Below are positions 48,833 to 58,094 of a stretch of 64,000 nt of DNA, piece after piece (the first letter of the stretch is position 1; each line of letters starts with the position of its first letter). This DNA comes from Candidatus Latescibacterota bacterium (lineage in GTDB: Bacteria > Latescibacterota > UBA2968), in NCBI GenBank assembly GCA_965208125.1, contig OZ242320.1, forward strand, positions 5,280,001 through 5,344,000, read 5' to 3'. The notes beneath the pieces are model-generated. The model did not search any database, had not been told where the DNA came from, and was given only the letters and a program-made list of their open reading frames with translations. The translations under genes were made by a program, and so were the position numbers.

Positions 48833-49864
48833 TTATTCCCACAAACCATCATCAAACCACACCCCAAAACCCGATCCCTCACCTGGCGCAATTTTGCCAT
48901 CCATTACTTGCGGCTGATCGTGCACCCACGTCATCCAGGGGCGTCCGCTTTCAGCCAGCGGATCGGGATCGAGCGCGACAATCGCGTGCAGTGCCCACAC
49001 CTCTCCTCCGCGATGTGGACACACCTCGACATTGTAATCTTTTGCCAACGCGTAAATTTTCACCAACTCTGTCAACCCACCACACCAGCACACATCGGGT
49101 TGATATATGGCATGCAATCCTCTTCGCATCAGCACCTCAAATCCACGTGCCGTATATTCGTGCTCGCCACTCGCAATTGGAATAGGACTCTCGCGCATCA
49201 ACCGTTCATAGCCGTCAAAATCCTCTGGCAAAAGCGGCTCTTCCAACCAGTCCAAATTGAACTCAGCCAACCGATTCGCAGCGCGCAATGTGCCCTCCAC
49301 ATCCCACGACATTGACGCATCGCACATCAGTTGAATATCGGCACCCACGGCAGCACGTACATCCGCAAAAAAATCCGCTATGGCATCCAATTCACTGTGG
49401 GGATCCATCCCGCCAATGCCAAATTTTAATGCCTTATAGCCCAGCGCGAGTGCGCCCTCAAGACCATCCCGAGACCACCCCGTGCGATACGATGGCACCG
49501 CCATTCGCGTTCCCCCCAGCACTTCGACAAGCGGTTTATTCGCCCGCTTACCCCTCAAATCCCACAATGCCAAATCTGCGCCACTAATCGCCATCATCGC
49601 AATACCCTTGCGTCCATAAGCTGCGGTATGGCGATACATCGCATCCCACAACCCCTCGACATCCCCGGCATTCGCGCCAATCAAGACCTCGCGCAACACC
49701 GTCTGAACCACGTGAATACCCGCCGGACCGCCTCCACCGACACCGTATCCCGACAACCCATCATCCGTATCAATACGAACGAGAATCTGTCCAATCGTTC
49801 CGCGCCAACCAGCAGGCGCGCGATCAGCTTCGGGCTGCACTGCGCGAACATGTGTAATGATCAT
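48833..49864 (-). CDS. Mandelate racemase/enolase superfamily acid-sugar dehydratase (rhamnonate dehydratase-like)
   Basis: AGGAG RBS before ATG 49864; 'YGRKGIAMMAISG.DLALWDL.GK', MCD, WLEEPL, SGEHEYT, QPDVCWCGGLTE, PH. Confidence 0.88.
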   Translation of the reverse strand: MIITHVRAVQPEADRAPAGWRGTIGQILVRIDTDDGLSGYGVGGGGPAGIHVVQTVLREVLIGANAGDVEGLWDAMYRHTAAYGRKGIAMMAISGADLALWDLRGKRANKPLVEVLGGTRMAVPSYRTGWSRDGLEGALALGYKALKFGIGGMDPHSELDAIADFFADVRAAVGADIQLMCDASMSWDVEGTLRAANRLAEFNLDWLEEPLLPEDFDGYERLMRESPIPIASGEHEYTARGFEVLMRRGLHAIYQPDVCWCGGLTELVKIYALAKDYNVEVCPHRGGEVWALHAIVALDPDPLAESGRPWMTWVHDQPQVMDGKIAPGEGSGFGVWFDDGLWE

Positions 49865-49979
49865 ATGCGATCTCCTATTTGAAATGAAAAACAATTGCCA
49901 TTCTGCTTCTTGATATGAGATCCGGTTCTGGGTATATTTACCCCAACTGACTTACCCGCCAAATTCTCGGAGAAATATA

Positions 49980-50726
49980 ATGGACAAAACAATCAGACGC
50001 ACGCCTGATGGAAAGCCCGAAAGGCGCACGCCTGATGAAATGTTGCGCGATGCCGTGTCAGGCGATACCGATATTCCCGGCAAAGGTAAGCCACTCGACC
50101 TAAAAGCGTATTTCCGTCCCGATGCGGAACATCGCATGGCGGGCAAAATCCTGCGCGACAATAATGTGCTTCCCGCACATCTCCAGGAACGCAAAGACGC
50201 AGAAGAATACCTTAAAAATGCCGAAGAGTATCTGCAACGCGCAACCGAAAAAATTGCGCCATTGCAAAAAGCAATTCGCCCCCTCGCGCAAACACTCATC
50301 CGCACGTTTTCCAGCGACAAAGAGATGTTCGAAGCACTCGGCCTGAATGCACTCTCAGAAAATTTTCATCCCAACGCGGAAACGCCGCCTGCGAGCGCAT
50401 CCGATCTCCTTGAGACCATCAGCACCTTTGACCAATTGTGTAAACAATACAATGCGCGGGTGCGCGACCTGACATACCGCTACCTCGAAAACCTGCGCCT
50501 CGCGCACGAAAATATCGAAGCCAGCAAAAAGCGGCAACTCGTCAACCGCTCGCTTTTGCCGGCATACGCACCCATTGCCAAAGTCGATATCGAAGCGCAG
50601 AGAGAATACATTCAAACGCGATTCCCCCTCCTGCCCGAACGCCCACACGACTGGCAATCGCGGCTCAAAACATGGCAACGCTCTCAAAAGCCATCCCTCT
50701 GGAATCGTCTGTTCATATCTGTCTGA
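49980..50726 (+). CDS. DUF1992 (DNAJC28-like) domain protein
   Basis: 'DIPGKGKPLDL...RMAGKILRDNNVLP..L..RK'. Confidence 0.75.
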   Translation: MDKTIRRTPDGKPERRTPDEMLRDAVSGDTDIPGKGKPLDLKAYFRPDAEHRMAGKILRDNNVLPAHLQERKDAEEYLKNAEEYLQRATEKIAPLQKAIRPLAQTLIRTFSSDKEMFEALGLNALSENFHPNAETPPASASDLLETISTFDQLCKQYNARVRDLTYRYLENLRLAHENIEASKKRQLVNRSLLPAYAPIAKVDIEAQREYIQTRFPLLPERPHDWQSRLKTWQRSQKPSLWNRLFISV

Positions 50727-50743
50727 TCCACTCCTATCTTGTC

Positions 50744-50772
50744 TTGACGTATTTGCCAAATTCCAGTAACTT
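50744..50772 (+). promoter_or_regulatory. Putative sigma-70 promoter
   Basis: TTGACG-N17-TAACTT. Confidence 0.55.
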
Positions 50773-50815
50773 ATAAGTAAGTAAGCACTTTCTTTCTTTT
50801 ATCAGGAGTTGATCT

Positions 50816-53113
50816 GTGGCAAACGCTTCCGAGATAAATCTTCTGGAAATCCCTCCGCAGCACATTTTAGATGGCCTTATCCCATCGCACGAAACGGTCC
50901 AATTATCGGCCAGTACCGACATTCGCCTTGATGGCACGTATGGAACCGCTTATCTCCTCGCCACAGACAAACACTTGTTCGCAATTAGCCCCAATGGCGA
51001 TTCCACGCCACACACAGAGCGCATTCCACTTTCAGAAATTACCAATCTCGAAGTCAAAGACCTGTTTGGCAACAGCTTACTCAAAGTCCGCACCGCAACC
51101 ACAGGCGCCACACTCGCGCGATTTACCAAGGGCCAGAACCAGAAATTCAATCGGATAACGCACCGACTTGAAACCCTTGTAAAAGACGTGCGCAAAACCG
51201 AAGACAAAATCGCCAAAGGCCAACTTGGGCGTGCGATTTCGGGCAGGCGGTGTGACGTGTGCGGCACAATTATTTCCCGCAGAGTGGGAGTCTGCACCAA
51301 CTGTCTCGACACCCGCAAACTGCTGTATCGCTTGCTCGCCTATGCGCGTCCCTTCTGGAAACTCGGAACCCTGAGCCTTGCCCTGCTCCTCACCTCGACC
51401 TTTATTAGCCTTACCCCACCGCTTTTGATGCGCGACCTCATCGATGGTGTACTCGCACCTTCTGCAGATTATGAAACGACTTTCTTCCGCGACATCACAA
51501 ACAGTATATTTGGGATACCAACCGGATACCAAATCCTCTATTTCCTCGTGGGCCTGCTCCTGCTGATCAACCTCTCGCAATCGGGCCTTCGCGCCATACG
51601 CTCGTATATCCTATCCGTTCTTGGACAGAAAATCACCTATAACCTCAGAAATGAGGTCTATCGGCACCTCCACCGCCATTCTCTCAGCTTCTACAACGAA
51701 CGCGAAACCGGCACCATTATGGCCAGCATCACCCAGGATGTGGGCCGCCTGCAAGATTTTATCAGCGATGGCCTGCAAGAAATCATCCGCGACATCGTTA
51801 CCATCGCCTTTATATGTATCATTCTCTTTACGATGAATATCAAACTCGCCACCCTTGTTTTAATCCCCACTCCCCTTCTGATTATTGCAACCCTGAAATT
51901 TGGTCACCGCCTGCATCGCACCTATCGCGGTCTGTTTCGACGTTGGGCAGCCATCAGCGCACTCCTTGCCGACACCATTCCCGGCGTGCGCGTGGTCAAA
52001 GCCTTTGCACAGGAAAACCGCGAAGTGGGTAAATTTCAGACGCGCAGTGAAGACCTCCTCAAGGGCGAAATCAAAATTGCGGGCATTCGCAGCATCTTCA
52101 GTCCCGTCATGGCTTTTATTACATCTATTGGAACGCTGATTATATGGCTCGTGGGGGGCACCTCGGTTCTCGACGGCGCATTGACCCTGGGCAATTTTGT
52201 GGCATTTACGCAGTACATGTGGCGTTTTTACGGCCCGGTTGAAAGCCTCTGCCGCCTCAACCACCGCTTCCAGCGGGCTGCATCTTCTGCCGAACGCGTC
52301 TTTGAAGTGCTCGATACTCAGCCCGACGTAACCGACAGGCGCTCTGCATACGCCATGCCCGCCATTGAAGGGCGCATCCAATTTGACGACGTGACATTTT
52401 CTTACGAAATTGGCAAACCCGTTCTCAAAAATCTCAACTTTACCGTTGAACCCGGCGAAATGATCGGCCTTGCCGGGCATTCTGGCGCAGGTAAAAGCAC
52501 CCTGATCAACCTGATTTGCAGATTTTACGATATTGAAGAAGGCGCGATTTTAATCGACGGACGCGATATCCGCGATGTCACCCTCAAATCCCTGCGCGAT
52601 CAGATCGGCGTCGTTCTGCAAGACCCCTTTCTCTTCAATGGACCCATAGCCGAAAACATCGCATACGGCAAACCCGATGCGTCACTCGATGAAATTGTCG
52701 CAGCCGCCAAAACAGCCAATGCCCACGATTTTATTCTTCGCCTACCCGATAGTTACGACACACCCGTAGGCGAACGTGGCGTTCGGCTCTCAGGCGGCGA
52801 AAGGCAGCGCATCTCCATTGCGCGTGCGATCCTGCGAAACCCGCGCATTCTAATTCTCGATGAAGCCACCTCCAGCATGGATACCGAGACAGAATCACAG
52901 ATTCAAGAAGCCCTTTACAGACTCGTGCAAGGGCGCACGACCTTTGCCATTGCCCATCGCCTTTCCACGCTCAAACACGCAGACCGCCTCTTTATCATCG
53001 ACAAAGGCGAACTCGCCGAGATGGGATCACACGCCGAACTCATCGCCTACGATGGTATTTACGCGCGTCTTTGCCGTATGCAAACCGAACTGTCCAAACT
53101 CCGCGCGTGGTAA
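50816..53113 (+). CDS. Type IV ABC transporter with an N-terminal beta-rich domain and zinc ribbon (DUF1854-associated type)
   Basis: About 170-aa N-terminal extension ending in CDVC..CTNC; TMD; GHSGAGKS, LSGGERQR, LDEATS, AHRL. Confidence 0.92.
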   Translation: MANASEINLLEIPPQHILDGLIPSHETVQLSASTDIRLDGTYGTAYLLATDKHLFAISPNGDSTPHTERIPLSEITNLEVKDLFGNSLLKVRTATTGATLARFTKGQNQKFNRITHRLETLVKDVRKTEDKIAKGQLGRAISGRRCDVCGTIISRRVGVCTNCLDTRKLLYRLLAYARPFWKLGTLSLALLLTSTFISLTPPLLMRDLIDGVLAPSADYETTFFRDITNSIFGIPTGYQILYFLVGLLLLINLSQSGLRAIRSYILSVLGQKITYNLRNEVYRHLHRHSLSFYNERETGTIMASITQDVGRLQDFISDGLQEIIRDIVTIAFICIILFTMNIKLATLVLIPTPLLIIATLKFGHRLHRTYRGLFRRWAAISALLADTIPGVRVVKAFAQENREVGKFQTRSEDLLKGEIKIAGIRSIFSPVMAFITSIGTLIIWLVGGTSVLDGALTLGNFVAFTQYMWRFYGPVESLCRLNHRFQRAASSAERVFEVLDTQPDVTDRRSAYAMPAIEGRIQFDDVTFSYEIGKPVLKNLNFTVEPGEMIGLAGHSGAGKSTLINLICRFYDIEEGAILIDGRDIRDVTLKSLRDQIGVVLQDPFLFNGPIAENIAYGKPDASLDEIVAAAKTANAHDFILRLPDSYDTPVGERGVRLSGGERQRISIARAILRNPRILILDEATSSMDTETESQIQEALYRLVQGRTTFAIAHRLSTLKHADRLFIIDKGELAEMGSHAELIAYDGIYARLCRMQTELSKLRAW

Positions 53114-53222
53114 CGAATAGACGGAGCGAGGTACAACTGGCCGCTTCTCAGGCCAGTTCATAGACGAACTCCGCCCCACTCAAAGGCGCTACAAGCTTCT
53201 ATTCGTTGATTCGCTGATTCGT
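53112..53222. other. Nested inverted-repeat element with a 7-bp repeat tail
   Basis: AACGAATAGA (53112)/TCTATTCGTT (53198); inner cggag/ctccg and aactggcc/ggccagtt; tail attcgtt gattcgct gattcgt. Confidence 0.55.
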
Positions 53223-53235
53223 AAAAGGTATATCA

Positions 53236-53745
53236 ATGTCTTCACTTCCCAACTTGACCAGCGACCTCTCCCTTCTCTCACCCCGCGATATTCGTCTGTA
53301 TCTCGACGATTTTGATGATCTCACACTCGACCTGCGCGGTGAAATCCATAAGCGGATTGGTGTGCAGCGCGCTTTTCCCCTCAATGCGTCCACAAAATTC
53401 ATCGTGCTCCACGATTCAGACGGTGGCGAAATAGGCATAGTGCGCGACCTGGCCGATCTCGCTCCAGACAGCCGAGATGCATTGGAGATAGCACTCGAAC
53501 AGGCATATTTTATGCCGCGTATTCTAAAAATAAATAGCATTGTTTCCAATTTTCACGTGCCCACATGGGATGTGGAAACAGATCGCGGGCATCGCGTATT
53601 TGAAATTCCCAGCAGCAAGCGCGACGTGCGCGTAATTGACGATGTGCGCGTGATCCTGCGAGACGCCGATGGCAACCGCTACGAGATCGTCGATTACCGT
53701 CGCCTCGACCCCGAGAGCGTTGCATTTGTGGAAACTATTGTTTGA
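53236..53745 (+). CDS. DUF1854 domain protein
   Basis: 'RAFPL....FI.L.D..G.EIG...L..L......ALE..YFMPRI..I......W.VETDRG..F......D..GNRY.I.D...LD..S'. Confidence 0.85.
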   Translation: MSSLPNLTSDLSLLSPRDIRLYLDDFDDLTLDLRGEIHKRIGVQRAFPLNASTKFIVLHDSDGGEIGIVRDLADLAPDSRDALEIALEQAYFMPRILKINSIVSNFHVPTWDVETDRGHRVFEIPSSKRDVRVIDDVRVILRDADGNRYEIVDYRRLDPESVAFVETIV

Positions 53746-53834
53746 AACCTCCATCAGGGGAACAATCACAATCTAATTTTCGTCAAAATCAAAATGGATT
53801 GACACGCCTATTGTATTAGCAGGAAGGAGGGACC

Positions 53835-56800
53835 ATGAAACTCAGTGAATTTGCCATCCACAAACCTATCAGCACCATTATGGTTGCAATTAGTATTATG
53901 GTGATGGGCTTTATTTCGGTATTCAAGTTACCACTCGAATACTTGCCTAGCCTGACATTCCCACGCATCTTTGTTTCAGTGAATTATCCCTCCTCTTCCC
54001 CAGAAGAAATTGAGCGGTTTATCACGCGACCCATCGAAGAAATCCTCGGCACGCTATCTGGTGTTGAAAGCATCAGTTCCTCATCGAGCGGATCCAGTGC
54101 GCGCGTCGGCATGGAATTTGCGATGGATGCCGATATGGACATCATCGGCGTTCACATCCGCGACCGCCTCGATCAAGTTCGCGCCGACTTACCCGCCGAT
54201 GTCGATCGCATCGATATTCGCAGCTTCGACACCGAAGATTTCCCCATTCTCGAATACTCCCTTACCTGGCTTGGCGAAAACAACCAAGAACTCGTCAATG
54301 TTTACAATCAAATGATCTTGCCCAGAATACAGCGTCTCGAGGGCGTCGCCAATGTTGTGCTCGAAGGATTGCAAGAAAAAGACCTCCTCATCGAAGTCGA
54401 TCAAAAAGCCATGACAGCCTATAAGATGGACTTCCGCACCATCAATCGTGCCCTGAATAACAACAATATCAATGTCTCTGCGGGATATGTCACCGAAGGC
54501 AACAAACGTCTCGCCGTTCGCAGCATGGGCGAATTTGAAACCGTTGATCAAATTCGCGATCTGCCCATTCGCCCCAATCTCACTCTCGACGATGTTGCCA
54601 ATGTCACATACGATTATCCCGAATCCCGCAGATTTGAACGCCTCGATGGACGTCCTTCGCTAACCCTTGAAGTCCAAAAAGCCTCAACGGCCAACATGGT
54701 CGATGTCTGCAAACTCGCGCGCGACGAACTCGCCCTCATCCACGAAGAGGTCGGCAAGGACAGGCTCCGAATGCACATGGTGCGCGACCGATCTATCGAC
54801 GTGACAAATAGCATCGCCAGTCTTAGCCAATCTGCTATTTTGGGTGGTCTTTTGGCCGTCATCGCCATCTTTATTTTCCTTCGCAATTTCCGCAGCACGC
54901 TCATCATCGGCTCTGCGATTCCCATCAGTGTGCTTACCGTATTCCTGATCATGTATTTCATGCGGCAATCCGGATCGAACATCACCCTCAATCTCATTTC
55001 CATGATGGGGCTAATGGTCGCCATCGGTATGCTCGTCGATCCCGCTGTCGTGGCCCTTGAAAATATTTTTCGCAAACGATTTGAAGTAGGGCAAGATGCC
55101 AGACAGGCCGCACTTGAGGGCAGCGATGAAATCGGTCTTCCAGTCCTCGCCGCATCACTCACGACCATCTGCGTATTCATCCCTGTCATTTTTGTCACCG
55201 ACTCGCGCACCTCGCTCTTCATGCGCGACTTTGCCGTTACCGTGATCATATCTGTTATTGCCTCATTTAGTATCGCGCTCTCACTTATTCCGCTGGCAGC
55301 CTCTCGCGCCTTCAATGAAGATGGTAAAACCCTTGATCGCGTTCTCAAGAGCATCGTCGGCCTTGTAGCCGCGCTGGGCCTGGGAGCCTTTATTTATTAC
55401 ACGGACTTCAGCAAAATTAATTACGCGGGCATGTGGGAAAATTTTTACAAGACCATCAGTGAACTTCCGACATTTGCCAAAATTGGTTTTCCCGGCGTCA
55501 TTGCACTGGTCATCTTTCTATACATCCGCTACCATTCAATCGGTCCCAAAGCCCTCTATGCCAAATTGGTCTCTTCCACCCTTCACTACCGCTGGGCAAC
55601 TCTTTCGGTAGCATGTGTTCTCCTTTTTGTCGGCAACTACATCTACGGCAAAGTAGAACAACAACCCTTCCGCTATCAGCCCAGCCGTGCCGTAAGGCTC
55701 ACCATTGAAATGCCCCGCAGTTACGATGTGGATCAAGCGCGTGAGGTCTTCAAAATTGCCGAAGACATACTCATCCCCTTAAAAGACGATCTCGACATCG
55801 AAGCCATTGGCAGCCGATACAGTGGTCGGCGCGGCACTCGCCTGACCCTTTATCTCACGCCGGCAGACGAAGGCAAACTCACCACAGATGAAGTTCAGCG
55901 CAGAGTTATGGCCCTCCTGCCCAAAGACATTCCGGGCGTGCGTTTCAAATCCGGCGGTGGCCGCGGTAGTTCTGCCGTGGGGGCTGGCGTTCAACTCAAA
56001 GGACGCAACCAAGAAACGCTGGCCATTTTGGCCGAAGACATTGAAACCAGCATGCAGGGGATGCCCGGCGTTCACGAAATACAGACCAGTCTCGAAAGTG
56101 GAACCGAAGAAATTCGCGTCACAGTCAATCGCGAGCGCGCACAGCGCTATGGTCTCTCGCCGCGCGATATTGCCAACACCATCGCCTCTGCGCTCGGTTC
56201 GCGCGGCGGCTCCAACTTCAAAACCCCTGATGGCGAAATCGACATCACAGTGCTGCTGCGCGAAGAAGATCGCGCCACTCTCGAACAACTCAAAACAACG
56301 GAGTTTGAAAGCGATAACGGCGGCATGGTCACCTTCTCCAGCCTGGCGAATTTCGACCTGACGACCGGCCGCAACACGATCCAACGCGAAGACCGCATGT
56401 CAACCGTAACTGTTTTTGCCAACACAGACCAGCAGGCGGTATTTCGCGTGGGCCAGATCATGAAAATGCGCATGGAAGGCGTGCCCCTGCCCAAGGGATA
56501 TACCTATGAAATGGACCGCCGCTTCAGATCTATGAATGCAGAACAGAACCAGGACTACGAGACTTTGATCCTGGCTCTCATTCTCATTTACATCATCATG
56601 GCCTCGCTCTTTGAATCCTATGTCCATCCGCTCACTATTATGTTCTGCATTTTCTTCGCATTCATCGGCGTCGCGCTCGGTCTCTACACCTTCAAAATCG
56701 CCATGGACAGCAATGCCAAATACGGCCTCCTCGTACTCTTTGGCATCGTGGTCAACAACGGTATTGTCCTGGTCGATCACATCAACAGATACCGAAAACA

Positions 56801-57089
56801 GGGACTTACTCGCCGCGATGCCATTATTCGCGGTGGACAAGATCGCTTGCGTCCGATTATGATGACCGCCACCACCACTATCATCGGTCTGATGCCACTG
56901 GTTGTTCCCATGCTCTTTGGCAATGCCGAAGGTACCTCAAGACGTTGGGGACCAATTGGCTTGGTGGTTATTTCCGGGCTGTCCATCTCAACAATCCTGA
57001 CCCTCGTACTCTTACCCACGGTCTATTCCCTCATGGACGACCTCTCGCAATTTGCCAAGCGCGTCACAGCCGTAGCACGCGCGCAATGA
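53835..57089 (+). CDS. RND efflux transporter permease (AcrB/AcrD/AcrF family)
   Basis: 'YPSSSPEEIERFITRPIEE', AIPIS, GMLVD, SLTTICVFIP, SLFES..HPL.I, RLRPIMMT. Confidence 0.93.
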   Translation: MKLSEFAIHKPISTIMVAISIMVMGFISVFKLPLEYLPSLTFPRIFVSVNYPSSSPEEIERFITRPIEEILGTLSGVESISSSSSGSSARVGMEFAMDADMDIIGVHIRDRLDQVRADLPADVDRIDIRSFDTEDFPILEYSLTWLGENNQELVNVYNQMILPRIQRLEGVANVVLEGLQEKDLLIEVDQKAMTAYKMDFRTINRALNNNNINVSAGYVTEGNKRLAVRSMGEFETVDQIRDLPIRPNLTLDDVANVTYDYPESRRFERLDGRPSLTLEVQKASTANMVDVCKLARDELALIHEEVGKDRLRMHMVRDRSIDVTNSIASLSQSAILGGLLAVIAIFIFLRNFRSTLIIGSAIPISVLTVFLIMYFMRQSGSNITLNLISMMGLMVAIGMLVDPAVVALENIFRKRFEVGQDARQAALEGSDEIGLPVLAASLTTICVFIPVIFVTDSRTSLFMRDFAVTVIISVIASFSIALSLIPLAASRAFNEDGKTLDRVLKSIVGLVAALGLGAFIYYTDFSKINYAGMWENFYKTISELPTFAKIGFPGVIALVIFLYIRYHSIGPKALYAKLVSSTLHYRWATLSVACVLLFVGNYIYGKVEQQPFRYQPSRAVRLTIEMPRSYDVDQAREVFKIAEDILIPLKDDLDIEAIGSRYSGRRGTRLTLYLTPADEGKLTTDEVQRRVMALLPKDIPGVRFKSGGGRGSSAVGAGVQLKGRNQETLAILAEDIETSMQGMPGVHEIQTSLESGTEEIRVTVNRERAQRYGLSPRDIANTIASALGSRGGSNFKTPDGEIDITVLLREEDRATLEQLKTTEFESDNGGMVTFSSLANFDLTTGRNTIQREDRMSTVTVFANTDQQAVFRVGQIMKMRMEGVPLPKGYTYEMDRRFRSMNAEQNQDYETLILALILIYIIMASLFESYVHPLTIMFCIFFAFIGVALGLYTFKIAMDSNAKYGLLVLFGIVVNNGIVLVDHINRYRKQGLTRRDAIIRGGQDRLRPIMMTATTTIIGLMPLVVPMLFGNAEGTSRRWGPIGLVVISGLSISTILTLVLLPTVYSLMDDLSQFAKRVTAVARAQ

Positions 57090-57148
57090 CAAAAAATCCC
57101 AGGCAGTCGGCAAACCTTACCGATCACTTGGGGTTTTAGTTCTTCTCA

Positions 57149-57182
57149 AAAAGGCACTGCGCTTCCTCGCGCAGTGCCTTTT
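57149..57182. terminator. Bidirectional Rho-independent terminator
   Basis: aaaaggcactgcgc-ttcctc-gcgcagtgcctttt; a second hairpin lies at about 57092-57137. Confidence 0.85.
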
Positions 57183-57222
57183 ATGTTTAATTTGATGATT
57201 CTTCCTCGATCTGATCAACCTC

Positions 57223-57570
57223 TTATATCTCACTGCCCGCATCGCAGTCAGCCTTAAAAACAGCACCATCCTCAACGATCAAGACACCCGTTTGAATTTT
57301 CCCAATAAAAGTGGCTTGTGACTGCAAATGCACTTTCTCTTCAGCCACCAGATTCCCCACAATGCGCCCGCTAACCAATGCGTCGCGCACCTTTACATTG
57401 GCCTCAACAACACCCGACGTTCCCACAATCAGCGTACCGGATGACTCGAGTTCGCCTTTCAAGACCCCATCCACACGCACGCCAGCTTCAATTTGAAAAT
57501 GACCTTCAGAAACTGCTCCACGCCCAATAATAGTATTCATAGTTTTGTCAAAATTTGTATTGCGATCCAC
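57223..57570 (-). CDS. Bactofilin (polymer-forming cytoskeletal protein)
   Basis: GTG start after GGAG; 'TIIG.G...EG......RVDG...G......L.VG..G.V...V.......G...GN..A...V.L......G.I....L.VE.GA.F'. Confidence 0.9.
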   Translation of the reverse strand: MDRNTNFDKTMNTIIGRGAVSEGHFQIEAGVRVDGVLKGELESSGTLIVGTSGVVEANVKVRDALVSGRIVGNLVAEEKVHLQSQATFIGKIQTGVLIVEDGAVFKADCDAGSEI

Positions 57571-57655
57571 GGCTCTCTCCTTCTGAAAATTTTTCAACGG
57601 GCACCTAATATAAATCTTCTGCATTTCGAGTCAATTTCTTTCTCGAACTTTCCGC

Positions 57656-57684
57656 TTGACAAGCATTTTATACAGGCGTACTTT
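57656..57684 (+). promoter_or_regulatory. Putative sigma-70 promoter
   Basis: TTGACA-N17-TACTTT. Confidence 0.6.
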
Positions 57685-57719
57685 GCGAACCGTTTTACAA
57701 CCCAAACCGAGGAGAAACT

Positions 57720-58094
57720 GTGGCATTCACAATTACCAAAACCGTTCGTCCAAACGCCGTGTGGCAAGAAATGTACCTCCAGATACAAAAAGACCAGCGC
57801 GTAATTATCACTGCAGAGGGCCTCTGGTCTCCCGAGATGCGTCCGCTTACCATTGTCTGGTGTGGCCCCGATGGCATTGAAGGGCGTCCCGCCAATGATC
57901 AATATCTCTTGCCCGGCACAAATGTGGGGGCACTCGTTGGGCGTATTGCCGACAGTCCCATTCTTTCGGTGGGCAATTATTTTGATTTTTATTCGCCCTA
58001 CGAAGGCCCGCTATTTCTCGCCATGAACGAAAATCCCGAATACCACAGCCAGGCCGGTTCCCTCCACGCTCAAATCATCTTGTTTGACCTGTGA
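57720..58094 (+). CDS. LecA/PA-IL-like lectin-fold protein
   Basis: GAGGAG RBS; 'VIITAEGLWS...CGPDG...GALVGRIA...VG......G.LFLAMNE......GSL...I' parallels LecA motifs. Confidence 0.65.
   Translation: MAFTITKTVRPNAVWQEMYLQIQKDQRVIITAEGLWSPEMRPLTIVWCGPDGIEGRPANDQYLLPGTNVGALVGRIADSPILSVGNYFDFYSPYEGPLFLAMNENPEYHSQAGSLHAQIILFDL

Noticed and set aside
49998-50063. CTGATGA/GAAA resembling a hammerhead ribozyme
   Set aside because: The core elements are in the wrong order; it is a 13-bp coding duplication (RRTPD twice) in the DUF1992 gene.
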